64,000 nucleotides of DNA, from IMG/VR virus record IMGVR_UViG_3300032315_000675, positions 1 through 64,000 of that record, one strand, 5' to 3'. The first letter of the stretch is position 1, and every line of letters starts with the position of its first letter. Origin of the DNA: a virus. Below, in pieces: positions 1 through 9,876 of the stretch. Both the position numbers and the translations under genes were made by a program. Under the pieces are notes generated by a model that worked only from the letters and a program-made list of their open reading frames with translations, searched no databases and was not told the origin of the DNA.

Positions 1-49
1 CCTGTCAGAGAGACTGATAGGATCTTTAACATAAAAGGAAATAAAAAGT

Positions 50-559
50 ATGAAGAAGTTACTCGTAATCGCGGCTGTCGCAATGGCTGCTCTCACTACC
101 CCGGCAATGGCACAAGACTTCGCTGGTCCTCGTGCCGAGATTACTGTCGGTGCTGATAACGTGACCAACGGCATCGATCCAACTGACCTTGTTTATGGTG
201 CTGCTCTTGGTTATGACATTCAGCACGGTAAGTTTGTTTTTGGGGTGGACGCATCTGCTGCTAACATCTTTGATGACGCTGACCTCGGTGTAGGTGCCCG
301 CGTAGGCTATACCGTGAACGAAAATGTTCTCGCATATACCCGCGTTGGTTATACCAATCTTGAGCGCCCGCAGACTTGTGCTGGAAGTCGTCCAGTAGTT
401 TGCCGTGATACAGCAAACTTGGAAGGCCTCAATGCCGGTGCTGGACTTGAAGTCAAGGTTTCTGGTCCGGTGTTTTTCAAGGCTGAATATCGTTACACTG
501 ACTTTGACGACAACGTTGGTCGTCATAGCGGACTCATCGGTTTCGGCACCCGTTTCTAA
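50..559 (+). CDS. Outer-membrane beta-barrel (porin/Omp-family) protein with signal peptide
   Basis: Signal peptide ending AMA-Q, alternating beta-strand pattern, 'KAEYRYTDF' and C-terminal Phe; AAGGAA RBS upstream. Confidence 0.8.
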   Translation: MKKLLVIAAVAMAALTTPAMAQDFAGPRAEITVGADNVTNGIDPTDLVYGAALGYDIQHGKFVFGVDASAANIFDDADLGVGARVGYTVNENVLAYTRVGYTNLERPQTCAGSRPVVCRDTANLEGLNAGAGLEVKVSGPVFFKAEYRYTDFDDNVGRHSGLIGFGTRF

Positions 560-585
560 TATTACAGACTAATCTAGTAACAAAA

Positions 586-613
586 TAGCGGCGGGGAGAA
601 ATCTCCGCCGCTA
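586..613 (+). terminator. Intrinsic terminator-like hairpin
   Basis: TAGCGGCGG(586-594)...CCGCCGCTA(605-613) inverted repeat just after the porin stop. Confidence 0.65.
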
Positions 614-635
614 CCCTATTGTAGTAAATACATAC

Positions 636-1184
636 ATGAGAATTGGTCTTAGTCAGAAGATATTGAATCATAATGGCACAGCACATGACGCCATTGACCA
701 CGGCTGGTACTCGATACTCGTTGGGCACAGTCTTTACTTTCTACCCAATACAAGTAATCAGCAATTCGACCACGTGGCTGACAATCTAGACTCACTGATA
801 CTTACCGGCGGCGAGTCTTCTGAATTAAGGCAGAGCGTAGAACTAAGTTTAGCAAACAGGATGATAGAGCGCGGCAAGCCTGTAGTGGGGATTGCTCAGG
901 GCGCACTAGCTATAGCTGATATACTAGGAGCTACGTTAGAGCCAATAAAGAAACACGTAACGGTAAACTATCCTATAATCTATCACGGCGAAGTAATAGA
1001 AGTCACAGGAGATCATGCTACTGGTATTCTAAAGAACGGAGCTAGTGTTGAGGTACTATGCACAGATTATAATGGATATACCGAAGCTTTCATAAAAGAT
1101 AACGTTGCCGGTATTTTATGGAATCCCGAACGGATGAGTAAACCTTGGATTCCACCCGAGATCGCCCTGTTATTAAGAATTTAA
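636..1184 (+). CDS. Class-I glutamine amidotransferase / peptidase C26-like protein, catalytic residues substituted
   Basis: 'LDSLILTGG', 'KPVVGIAQG' (canonical GICRG) and 'GILWNPER' (canonical QWHPE). Confidence 0.7.
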   Translation: MRIGLSQKILNHNGTAHDAIDHGWYSILVGHSLYFLPNTSNQQFDHVADNLDSLILTGGESSELRQSVELSLANRMIERGKPVVGIAQGALAIADILGATLEPIKKHVTVNYPIIYHGEVIEVTGDHATGILKNGASVEVLCTDYNGYTEAFIKDNVAGILWNPERMSKPWIPPEIALLLRI

Positions 1185-1197
1185 GATAAATAGCTTG

Positions 1198-1908
1198 ATG
1201 AGAGCAAGAGAATTCATATCCGAACGCAAAAAAAAGCGCAGCAAGAAAAAATCCACGCGTGGATATTTCTTTCCCGGATATGCCTACTATGGATTAGGAA
1301 GTTCTGATTCTAGTGGGGATTCAGGCGGAGACGGAGGGGGCGAAAGTATCAACGAAGCTCCTGAAGCAGAACTAGCTAGACGATTACCCTCACTCACCAA
1401 ACACAATTATAATGCGATTGACGCTTTAATGCGTAAGATTGCAAAGAAACATCGTATTACTAACGGGGCACTACATCGCTTATTTCAAAAAAAGTATAAC
1501 GACAGGCCTGATCGTTGGATTAAAAACAAGCTTGATGAAAACGACCCTATCGTTAGTGACATCTCGGATGAAGTAGAAAAGTTTGTTCAATGGACTGCTG
1601 AAAAACTTAACATTAAAAAGATTCCTAAGATAGAGTTATCAATGGACACTGAAGAAGCGCAAAATAATCATCATACTGGCGGCCATGTACCTGGAGAAGA
1701 TAGTGTTTGGGTTTATGCGAAGAATCGTAATCTAGTAGATATTCTTAGAACAGTATTCCATGAACTAGTACATGTTCGTCAACATGAGATAGGTATGATC
1801 AAGCCCGGCGATAGCTATCCGGGTAGTCCTATTGAGGTCATGGCAGACGTACTTGCTGGAAAATATATTAAGATATACGGTGAAAAGAATCATCACATCT
1901 TTCAATAA
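1198..1908 (+). CDS. Late multi-segment protein with C-terminal HExxH metallopeptidase-like domain
   Basis: MRAREFISE leader, 'RTVFHELVHVRQ' motif; TAAATA ends 5 nt before ATG 1198. Confidence 0.6.
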   Translation: MRAREFISERKKKRSKKKSTRGYFFPGYAYYGLGSSDSSGDSGGDGGGESINEAPEAELARRLPSLTKHNYNAIDALMRKIAKKHRITNGALHRLFQKKYNDRPDRWIKNKLDENDPIVSDISDEVEKFVQWTAEKLNIKKIPKIELSMDTEEAQNNHHTGGHVPGEDSVWVYAKNRNLVDILRTVFHELVHVRQHEIGMIKPGDSYPGSPIEVMADVLAGKYIKIYGEKNHHIFQ

Positions 1909-1972
1909 GGTTACCAATATAGTTGAATTATCTGCGTAGTCTGTTACAATAACTAGACTATAAGGAGAAACT

Positions 1973-2230
1973 ATGTCACGTACATTCAATCAAGAAGCTA
2001 AGACCAAGCTGACTCAGCTTATCAATGAAGGCATGGGTGTTTTACAGGAAATTGAAACTCTCAACGAAGGTCTCACTGATACTGTTAAGGCAATCGCTGA
2101 GGAACTTGAAATTAAGCCTAGCGTATTGAAGAAAGCAATTCGTATCGCGCATAAACAGCGCCTGAACGAAGAAAATGAAGCCCATGACGAACTCAACACT
2201 ATTTTGGAGACAGTTGGCAAGACTAACTGA
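1973..2230 (+). CDS. Small dsDNA-binding protein (T4 DsbA/GapR-like)
   Basis: Helical 85-aa pattern 'EIETLNEGLTDTVKAIAEELEIKPSVLKKAIRIAHK', directly upstream of the polymerase; AGGAG RBS. Confidence 0.55.
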   Translation: MSRTFNQEAKTKLTQLINEGMGVLQEIETLNEGLTDTVKAIAEELEIKPSVLKKAIRIAHKQRLNEENEAHDELNTILETVGKTN

Positions 2231-4941
2231 TGGCATACGTTGACGCAATCTTAGAACAGAGCGCGGATAAGGTTTACGTAGTAGAGCGCACTCCCGAAGG
2301 TAAGCGGGCCTATAAGGAATATAGTACCAACTATGTTTTTTATTACTCTGATCCAAAGGGGAAACAACGTTCTATCTACGGAGACCCTGTATCTCGTTTC
2401 TCTACACGCAAACGTGCGGAGTTCGAGAAGGAGCGCAGAATTCACTCTAACAAACAATTGTTCGAGAGTGATGTTAACGTGGTCTTTAGGTGTCTGTCCG
2501 AAAACTATCTAAACGTAGAACCCCCGAAGCTTCATACTTGCTTCTTCGACATTGAAGTGGACTTTGACCCGGAGCGCGGGTTCAGTCCCACAGATGACCC
2601 ATTCAATGCAGTCACTGCGATCACGCTTTATCTTGATTGGCTGGATCAACTGATCACACTTGCGATTCCTCCGAGACACATGACGGATGAGACTGCACAA
2701 GAGTTGATCAAGGACTTTCCGAATACATTCCTCTTCCGCAGCGAAGTCGAAATGTTCGATACGTTTTTCGATCTTATCGAAGACGCAGACGTACTCACTG
2801 GCTGGAACTCGGAAGGGTATGACGTTCCCTACATGGTGAATCGTGTTACTCGTGTCATGAGTAAGAACGATACACGCAGGTTCTGTCTGATGGGGCAGCT
2901 TCCGAAGCCTCGTACTTATGAACGGTTCGGTAAGGAAGAACGGACATACGACTTTGTTGGTCGTATTCATCTTGACTACCTACAACTCTACAAGAAGTAT
3001 AACTACGAATCTCGTCACAGCTATTCACTTGATGCGATCGGTGAGTATGAACTAGGTGAGCGCAAGACTCAATACGAAGGATCATTGGATCAGCTATACA
3101 ACAAGGACTTTAGAAAGTTCATCGAGTATAACCGTCAGGACACATTGCTTGTGTTCAAGATTCATAATAAGCTAAAGTTTCTTGACCTCGCAAATGCTCT
3201 AGCGCATGAGAACACGGTACTGCTTCCGACTGTCATGGGGTCAGTGGCAATGATCGAAATGGCAGTCATGAACGAAGCACACGCCCGTGGATTCGTTGTT
3301 CCGGACAAGAAGCGTAAAGAATCTCGAGGTGAGGTTTCCCAAGCGGCTGGTGCTTATGTTGCTACTCCGAACAAGGGCATTCACGAATGGGTAGGAGCAG
3401 TTGACATCAACTCGCTGTATCCTTCTGCTATTCGTGCATTGAACATGGCCCCTGAAACTATCGTGGGTCAGCTTAGGCAGACGCTTACTGATCAGTACAT
3501 GAATGAGAAGAGCCTGTCACTAGCTAAAGACAAGCGCAAGCAGAAGAACGGCGATGACGCAGAAGCAGTCACTGGTGCTATTCTTTGGGAAGGGCTGTTT
3601 GGCTCACTAGAGTATACTGCGGTGATGAATCAAGAGAGGGGAACTACTCTCACTATTGATTATGCTGATGGACGTAGCGAGGAAAAGTCTGCGGCTGAAA
3701 TCTGGAAGATGATCTTTGACAGTCATCGTCCTTGGATCCTTTCAGCTAACGGAACCATCTTCACTTACGAGAAAGAAGGAATCATTCCGGGTCTATTGTC
3801 TCGCTGGTACTCAGAGCGTAAAGAAACTCAAAAGCTAGCCAGAGAAGCGTATGGTACAGACATGTTTGAGTACTACGATAAGCGTCAGCTTGTTCGTAAG
3901 ATTTTGCTAAACTCTGCATACGGCGCGCTCTTGAACGAACACTGCCGATTCTACGACAAGCGTATCGGTCAGTCTGTCACATTGTCTGGTCGTCAGATTG
4001 TCAAGCACATGATGAGTCAAATCAATGAAATCGTTGATGGTACTTATCAGCACGATGGTAAAGCTATCGTCTACGGTGACACTGACTCCTGCTACTTCAC
4101 TGCATATCCTGCACTCAAGCCTCAGATCGACAAGGGAGAATTAGAGTGGAGCAAGGAACTATGTATTGAACTATATGATAACATCGCAGACCAAGCTAAT
4201 GATAGCTTCCCTGCTTTCATGGAGAAGGCGTTTCATGCTCCGCGCAAGAACGGTGAAATCATCAAAGCTGGTCGTGAATTGATCGGTGATCGTGCTATCT
4301 TCATCACAAAGAAGCGTTATGCTATCAACATCTTTGATAAGGAAGGCAAGCGTCAAGACAAAGAAGGTAAGCTAGGCTCTGTCAAAGCAATGGGTCTTGA
4401 TCTGAAACGTGCTGACACGCCGAAATATGTTCAAGACTTCTTGATGCAAGTGCTTTGCATGGTCATTCAAGAAGGTAAGGACCGTGATGCTGTTGTTGAC
4501 AAGATTCGTGAGTTCAAGACTTGGCTTTCTACACAAGATAGTTGGACTAAGGGTAATCCGAAATCTGTCAACAATCTGACTAATCACACTATCAAGTTTG
4601 AGAAGACCGGCAAGTGTGCAGTTGGTCATGCTAAGGCTGCTATCAACTACAACTATCTTCGTAGAATGAACGGCGATCAGTATAGTCAGAAGATCGTTGA
4701 TGGCATGAAGGTAATCGTCTGTTCTCTCAAAGATAACATGTTCGGCTTTACTTCTGTCGCATATCCTACAGACGAACTTAGACTTCCGCAATGGTTCCTT
4801 GAACTGCCGTTTGATGACCTAGACATGGAGCGAAAGCTAGTTGATGAGAAGATCGACAATCTATTGGGTGTCCTAAACTGGAACATCCGCGTAGATACTA
4901 ATACTAACAGTACTGCCAATGATCTTTTCAGTTTCGGTTAA
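2230..4941 (+). CDS. Family B DNA polymerase (T4 gp43-like)
   Basis: Exonuclease motifs FFDIE, GWNSEGYD, YNRQD; polymerase motifs DINSLYPS, KILLNSAYG, YGDTDS, KKRY. Confidence 0.97.
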   Translation: MAYVDAILEQSADKVYVVERTPEGKRAYKEYSTNYVFYYSDPKGKQRSIYGDPVSRFSTRKRAEFEKERRIHSNKQLFESDVNVVFRCLSENYLNVEPPKLHTCFFDIEVDFDPERGFSPTDDPFNAVTAITLYLDWLDQLITLAIPPRHMTDETAQELIKDFPNTFLFRSEVEMFDTFFDLIEDADVLTGWNSEGYDVPYMVNRVTRVMSKNDTRRFCLMGQLPKPRTYERFGKEERTYDFVGRIHLDYLQLYKKYNYESRHSYSLDAIGEYELGERKTQYEGSLDQLYNKDFRKFIEYNRQDTLLVFKIHNKLKFLDLANALAHENTVLLPTVMGSVAMIEMAVMNEAHARGFVVPDKKRKESRGEVSQAAGAYVATPNKGIHEWVGAVDINSLYPSAIRALNMAPETIVGQLRQTLTDQYMNEKSLSLAKDKRKQKNGDDAEAVTGAILWEGLFGSLEYTAVMNQERGTTLTIDYADGRSEEKSAAEIWKMIFDSHRPWILSANGTIFTYEKEGIIPGLLSRWYSERKETQKLAREAYGTDMFEYYDKRQLVRKILLNSAYGALLNEHCRFYDKRIGQSVTLSGRQIVKHMMSQINEIVDGTYQHDGKAIVYGDTDSCYFTAYPALKPQIDKGELEWSKELCIELYDNIADQANDSFPAFMEKAFHAPRKNGEIIKAGRELIGDRAIFITKKRYAINIFDKEGKRQDKEGKLGSVKAMGLDLKRADTPKYVQDFLMQVLCMVIQEGKDRDAVVDKIREFKTWLSTQDSWTKGNPKSVNNLTNHTIKFEKTGKCAVGHAKAAINYNYLRRMNGDQYSQKIVDGMKVIVCSLKDNMFGFTSVAYPTDELRLPQWFLELPFDDLDMERKLVDEKIDNLLGVLNWNIRVDTNTNSTANDLFSFG

Positions 4942-4949
4942 GCAAAGCA

Positions 4950-4978
4950 TTGACAAGCGTAAAGAAATCCACTATTAT
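4950..4978 (+). promoter_or_regulatory. sigma70-type promoter
   Basis: TTGACA(4950-55)-17 nt-TATTAT(4973-78); TAAATA also present at ~4995. Confidence 0.7.
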
Positions 4979-5022
4979 ACACAGTATAAAACCCTAAATA
5001 TCATTAACAAAGGAAACACATA

Positions 5023-5757
5023 ATGAAAGACTATTTGCTCGACCTAGTTGAACATACTCATGCCCTCGGCATCATTGATCTTGTCAAGATCGTGGGAACC
5101 GATGAGGAAACAGAATTTGGTGCATATTCAGACAACCAGGACGTCGTTATCTCTGGTTCGTTTAAGACTCCTATTCTCGATTTTGTAGGCACTTTTGGCA
5201 TGCCTAATTTGTCTAAGCTGAAAACTATCATCGGCTTTGATGAATATGATGCTAATGCTAAGATCAATCTTGTCCGAGAAGATCGCGATGATGAAAAGGA
5301 TGTTCCTGTTCGTATTCATTTTGAAACTGCAACCGGCGACTTCGTTAATGATTATCGCTTGATGGTCAAATACATTGTCGAAGACAAAGTAAAGAACGTC
5401 AAGTTCAAGGGCGCTACCTGGGATGTTGAGTTTGAACCTACTAATGCTGGTATCAGCCGTCTGAAGAAGCAGGCTTCTGCTAATAGCGAAGAACTCACGT
5501 TCAATGCTAAGACCGAGAACGGCGACCTTAAGATTTACTTCGGTGATCCTTCTACTCACTCCGGTAACTTTGTCTTCCAGCCGGGAGTAACTGGCACTCT
5601 GTCTCGTGCATGGAACTGGCCTGTCAAGGTATTCCTCGCAATCATGGATCTTCCTGGTGACAAGAAGATTCGCATGGCAGACGCAGGTGCTGTTGAAATC
5701 GTAGTAGACAGCGGTCTTGCAACATATCGTTATCTCTTGCCCGCACAGGCGAAGTAA
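5023..5757 (+). CDS. Sliding clamp (gp45-like)
   Basis: 244 aa, acidic, beta-rich, right after the polymerase; ends in a PCNA/gp45-like 'YRYLLPAQ' strand. Confidence 0.7.
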   Translation: MKDYLLDLVEHTHALGIIDLVKIVGTDEETEFGAYSDNQDVVISGSFKTPILDFVGTFGMPNLSKLKTIIGFDEYDANAKINLVREDRDDEKDVPVRIHFETATGDFVNDYRLMVKYIVEDKVKNVKFKGATWDVEFEPTNAGISRLKKQASANSEELTFNAKTENGDLKIYFGDPSTHSGNFVFQPGVTGTLSRAWNWPVKVFLAIMDLPGDKKIRMADAGAVEIVVDSGLATYRYLLPAQAK

Positions 5758-6137
5758 TGATCAACACAGTAAACGGATTGGGAAAGTATGTTATAGTCGA
5801 GGGTGGAATGCCCTCGACGACATATATGAATACTAGTTCAGGTTACATGAACGTCGGCGACCTGAGATACAACCCGACGAGAAACCAGGTTGAAGTCTAT
5901 GACGGGAATAACTGGATTACATTAAACAGCGGTCATGCTTCGGTTAGATTAACTTCTCACGCTGAAACAGTGATTGATTGGGCTGCTAAGAAGATGCAAG
6001 AGGATATGGAACTTGAAGCATTATCAAAATCTAATCCTACTATCGCTGACCTTGTTGAGCAGAAAAAGAATCTTGATCACAAGATCAAGATGGTACAAAT
6101 CTTAATTAAAGAAGAGCCAAAAGTTGGAACAAATTAA
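5757..6137 (+). CDS. Hypothetical phage protein
   Basis: Coupled ORF (TAATG overlap); 'GDLRYNP...EVYDG..W' motif plus coiled coil. Confidence 0.6.
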   Translation: MINTVNGLGKYVIVEGGMPSTTYMNTSSGYMNVGDLRYNPTRNQVEVYDGNNWITLNSGHASVRLTSHAETVIDWAAKKMQEDMELEALSKSNPTIADLVEQKKNLDHKIKMVQILIKEEPKVGTN

Positions 6138-7713
6138 TCTCTCAGCATCACATAACCCAGATTGGGCGTTGTTTTTGCCAGCAGTCTCGTCTTTCTTCAT
6201 CGCCGGCTTAGGAAAGCAGCGTGAAGGTGAAAACTATTTTGACCCGGCGAGAATCCCTGCGGCATTCAACGGTGATGTTGAGAAGTTAAACTTCCTTAAT
6301 GAGAAGGAAGGCTTGTATACTTACAAGTGGGGACTATATTCTGCTGGTCACGCAAATCTAGATATCACAAAGAATGATAACAACGAGTCTATCATTCGTA
6401 AGCGTGATCGGCAGAATACTTTCTTACTCGGTGACTCTGGTGGATTCCAGATTCTCAAGTGTCAGTGGCCTGCTGATTGGAAGGACCCTAATTGCCCTCG
6501 TGCAATGAAGAAGCGTACAGAAGTCCTCAAGTGGATGGATGAATACATGGACTATGGCATGTGTCTTGATATTCCATCACAGTCTCTTACGACTTATCAT
6601 ATCGATGACCCAAAAACCCGAAAGAAAGATCCGGTTACCGGAATACCAATCGTAGGTTCTGGCGTTTCCATTCATGGCATTAAAACAATTCAAGATGCTA
6701 TCACGGCGACTCATATAAACAATGAGTATTTCATTGCTAATCGTGATGGTCGTTGCAAGTTTCTAAACGTTCTGCAAGGACGTAATCATAAGCAGTCTGA
6801 TGACTGGTATGAAGAAATGAAGAAGTATTGCGACACTAACGTCTATGGTGACAAAGCATTCAATGGCTGGGCATTCGGTGGTCAAAACAAGATCGATATT
6901 CACTTGATGCTTAAACGAATCATCAACATCATTCACGATGGTTATCTTGAAGAAGGTAAGCAAGATTTGATTCACTGCCTTGGTACTTCTATCATGGAGT
7001 ATGCTGTAATCTTTACCGATATTCAGAAGGCTGTGCGTAAGTATCATAATCCAAACCTACAGATTACGTTTGACTGTGCATCTCCTTTCTTTGCTGCGGC
7101 AAAAGGTCTTGTTTACAATAACAACACGTTCGAACACGACAGTAAGTGGACGTATGCGATGGAGAAGACTGCCGAGGACAAAAAGTATGCCACTGACACT
7201 CGCAAGTTTAGTGATGGTGTACTCGCAGACGAGATTCATAAGTTGTTTACTGATAGTCCCGTAACGGACATGATGGTGATGAAGGACCTTTGCTATCGTG
7301 GTCAAGGTTTCTTAGGTCAGCACGGTAAAGAGACCAAGACTAGCTGGGACACTCTTAGCTACACTCTCATTCAGGCACACAACGTGTATCAGCATATGAC
7401 TGCGGTTCAAGAAGCTAATCGTCGCTACGAGCAGGGTATCATGCCGAAGATGGTCTTTGATCGTTTCGATGGTAGAACGTTTGGGCAAATTGTTGATGAG
7501 ATTTTCTCACTTAAAGATAGACAAAAGAGCTTAGATTTGCTAGAGTCACATAGTAGATTCTGGACTCAGATGAAAGCAGGGCAAGGGTTCTCTGGTAAGA
7601 AGACTATCAATGCCCAAACAATGTTTAACCAGTTATTTGAAGTCGCAGATAGCGACCCCAAAGATGAAGAAATTGAAGACAGCGACGATGCAATGAAAGG
7701 TGTGCTAGAATGA
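6124..7713 (+). CDS. dpdA: TGT-fold base-exchange enzyme (DpdA-like DNA transglycosylase)
   Basis: 'LGDSGGFQ' catalytic motif, 'LDIP', 'NVLQG', 'GWAFGG', 'HCLGT', 'FDCASP'; clustered with folE/queD/queE; TTG start. Confidence 0.8.
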   Translation: MEQINLSASHNPDWALFLPAVSSFFIAGLGKQREGENYFDPARIPAAFNGDVEKLNFLNEKEGLYTYKWGLYSAGHANLDITKNDNNESIIRKRDRQNTFLLGDSGGFQILKCQWPADWKDPNCPRAMKKRTEVLKWMDEYMDYGMCLDIPSQSLTTYHIDDPKTRKKDPVTGIPIVGSGVSIHGIKTIQDAITATHINNEYFIANRDGRCKFLNVLQGRNHKQSDDWYEEMKKYCDTNVYGDKAFNGWAFGGQNKIDIHLMLKRIINIIHDGYLEEGKQDLIHCLGTSIMEYAVIFTDIQKAVRKYHNPNLQITFDCASPFFAAAKGLVYNNNTFEHDSKWTYAMEKTAEDKKYATDTRKFSDGVLADEIHKLFTDSPVTDMMVMKDLCYRGQGFLGQHGKETKTSWDTLSYTLIQAHNVYQHMTAVQEANRRYEQGIMPKMVFDRFDGRTFGQIVDEIFSLKDRQKSLDLLESHSRFWTQMKAGQGFSGKKTINAQTMFNQLFEVADSDPKDEEIEDSDDAMKGVLE

Positions 7714-7919
7714 CAGACTATGACACAGAAATTTATCTTTTACAAAAAGAATTCGATTCCCTGACTACTCAAGCGAATGCAGCGGAGCAGGCCGGAGAAA
7801 ACGCTCTTGAGATTCACGTACAACGCGGTGCCGTTTATGAAGAACTCACTCGCCTCAACAGGTTGAAGTTTGAAGAACTTCACGAAACAATAGGATACGA
7901 TGATGACTATGACTATTGA
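7710..7919 (+). CDS. Hypothetical protein
   Basis: Coupled small acidic ORF (ATGA overlap). Confidence 0.55.
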   Translation: MTDYDTEIYLLQKEFDSLTTQANAAEQAGENALEIHVQRGAVYEELTRLNRLKFEELHETIGYDDDYDY

Positions 7920-8379
7920 TGATATGTCGGCAGCTAGGGTTGCCGCTCAAGCAGAACATCGCAGTCGAATTAAGGATCAGGCTAAGCGAATGATCTGGGT
8001 AACCTTTCAGCGTGAAGGTATTCACAAGTATCCAGGTGCCGACACTGACCCTACACTAGCAACGGGCGATGAGTTCGATGTTAGTTTTCTAGGTTTCCCT
8101 CACCGACACATCTTTCATTTCAAGGTGGGGATTCAAGTATTTCATAACGACCGAGATATCGAGTTTATTCAGTTTAAACGTTGGCTTGAAAAGGTTTTCA
8201 ACGATGGATTGATGCAACTAGACTATCGGTCGTGTGAAATGGTTAGCGATGAGCTATATGACATGATTGCAACTCGCTACCCCAAACGTGACATTGAGAT
8301 TACCGTTTCAGAAGACGGTGAAAACGGTGCCACGATCTACTATAACATTTTTAAACCTGTACATTCAATCGCCATCTAA
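7900..8379 (+). CDS. QueD-paralogous T-fold protein (DpdL-like, putative CDG decarboxylase)
   Basis: 'LGFPHRHIF' (LxxxHRHxF in place of QueD CxxxHGH), 'SCEM', 'VSEDGENG'; exact start among several ATGs uncertain. Confidence 0.7.
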   Translation: MMTMTIDDMSAARVAAQAEHRSRIKDQAKRMIWVTFQREGIHKYPGADTDPTLATGDEFDVSFLGFPHRHIFHFKVGIQVFHNDRDIEFIQFKRWLEKVFNDGLMQLDYRSCEMVSDELYDMIATRYPKRDIEITVSEDGENGATIYYNIFKPVHSIAI

Positions 8380-8390
8380 GGAGTTATTCA

Positions 8391-8675
8391 ATGGCAAATC
8401 TTAATAACAAGTCTAACGTCAACCAAATCTTCAACGATCTGGACCTGTATCGTGATTTCTGTAGAGAATACGGTTACAGATTCGATGAACGAGACTTGTA
8501 CAGCGGTCAGAGCTATGTCTGGCGTCAACACCAAAAGGCTCTTACAGGAAAGACTGTAAAGGATCAATGGGAAGTTGATCGTATCCGCTTCAAGGAACAA
8601 CAAGAGCAGAAAGATCAGCGCAAGAGTGCTACTACTGTCCGCTCTAAGAATCAGAGCTTCCGCAAACGTGTATAG
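8391..8675 (+). CDS. Hypothetical phage protein
   Basis: AGGAG RBS; 'IFNDLDLYRDFCREYGYRFDERDLY'. Confidence 0.65.
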   Translation: MANLNNKSNVNQIFNDLDLYRDFCREYGYRFDERDLYSGQSYVWRQHQKALTGKTVKDQWEVDRIRFKEQQEQKDQRKSATTVRSKNQSFRKRV

Positions 8676-8685
8676 AAAAAATAAT

Positions 8686-9876
8686 ATGCGTAGATTATAC
8701 TACATGGGTTTGGAAGCATACAATGCCCGTTATACATTACAACTAACTGAATGGAACAGGCGTGTCTTTGACCATCGTGGTCTTGATGTTACTTACGTTC
8801 CCGGTGAGACTCTTGATGACAGTCAGAAGATTGTTGTTGGGCAGGTACTTGATGCACATGGTCGCTCTTACTTTGCGATGAGCCAGATGATGAATCTGGT
8901 TAAGATGATGCAGCAAGGTGAGGTCACTAACGAAGATGTAATCTACTTTGAAGACATGTTCCAGCCGGGCTTTGAAAGTCTAGGCTACATCATCAATCAA
9001 GTTCCTGATAACCTTCGTCCTCGTATCTTTGTTCGCTGTCTTGCTCAAGCAATCGATCCAGATGACTTTGTTCATGTTTGGGGAATGTCTAAGTGGATGA
9101 GTGACTATGAGCGCATGGTCAACGAAATCGTTTCTATCTCAGGTGGTGCAGTTCTTGCGACTAACGAAGAAATGGTAATGCACATGAAGGTAGCAGGTTG
9201 GACTGCTCCTATCTATAATATCTCCGGGCTTGCTTTTGGTAAGAATGAAGTAATCCAACGTCTCGGGGACAAGCTTAGGAACTTTACTGATCGTCGCCTG
9301 CGTGTAGTGTTCTCTGCACGTTGGGACCAAGAGAAGCAGCCTGACTTCTACATGGACCTTGTTGAAGCCTGGAAAGAACGTTTCCCTAGCAAGGACGTAG
9401 AGTTTGTCGTTTGCAGCGGTAGTTCATTGAAATCAAACAATGAAAGTTACATGGCTCGCACTCGCAAGATGCAAGATAGCGGCAAGCTGACTGTCTACGA
9501 AAACCTAGACAAGCAGAAGTACTACGAAATCCTCAATGATAGTCGTGTCGTTTTCAACTGTGCGCTACAAGATTGGGTTTCTAATACTGTAAGCGAAGCT
9601 GATGCTTTGGGATGCAATGTACTTTACCCTGCTTATCGTAGCTTCCCCGAGACGTTTGCAAACGATTATGAGCGTATGTACATTCCGTGGTCGATTGATG
9701 ACGCAGTGAACAAGCTGGATCCATTGCTTCGTAAGGCTCATCCTAACATGGGCAAGATCAGTGATTGGACTGACAAGACTGTTGATCGTGTGATCGACAT
9801 CATTGAAGGCAAAGGTGAACAATGGTTGCGTATGTCAACAGACTATCGCAAACATTCTAAGGAAGCAAAGTATTAA
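8686..9876 (+). CDS. GT-B glycosyltransferase (GT4-like)
   Basis: '[13 protein letters not shown]', '[16 protein letters not shown]', 'PAYRSFPE'; ATG 8686 after an A-rich spacer preferred over the track start 8575. Confidence 0.8.
   Translation: MRRLYYMGLEAYNARYTLQLTEWNRRVFDHRGLDVTYVPGETLDDSQKIVVGQVLDAHGRSYFAMSQMMNLVKMMQQGEVTNEDVIYFEDMFQPGFESLGYIINQVPDNLRPRIFVRCLAQAIDPDDFVHVWGMSKWMSDYERMVNEIVSISGGAVLATNEEMVMHMKVAGWTAPIYNISGLAFGKNEVIQRLGDKLRNFTDRRLRVVFSARWDQEKQPDFYMDLVEAWKERFPSKDVEFVVCSGSSLKSNNESYMARTRKMQDSGKLTVYENLDKQKYYEILNDSRVVFNCALQDWVSNTVSEADALGCNVLYPAYRSFPETFANDYERMYIPWSIDDAVNKLDPLLRKAHPNMGKISDWTDKTVDRVIDIIEGKGEQWLRMSTDYRKHSKEAKY

Noticed and set aside
2230-4941. Intein or intron in the DNA polymerase
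   Set aside because: Continuous ORF of ordinary length; no intein splice or LAGLIDADG motifs seen
6124-7713. tRNA-modifying TGT for queuosine
   Set aside because: Lacks the CxCxxC zinc site of bacterial TGT, no queC/queF/queA in the window, and it sits beside the DNA polymerase; a DNA-acting role is more likely but unproven
8575-8685. Track start of the first glycosyltransferase
   Set aside because: Overlaps ORF 8391-8675; ATG 8686 after that stop is more plausible
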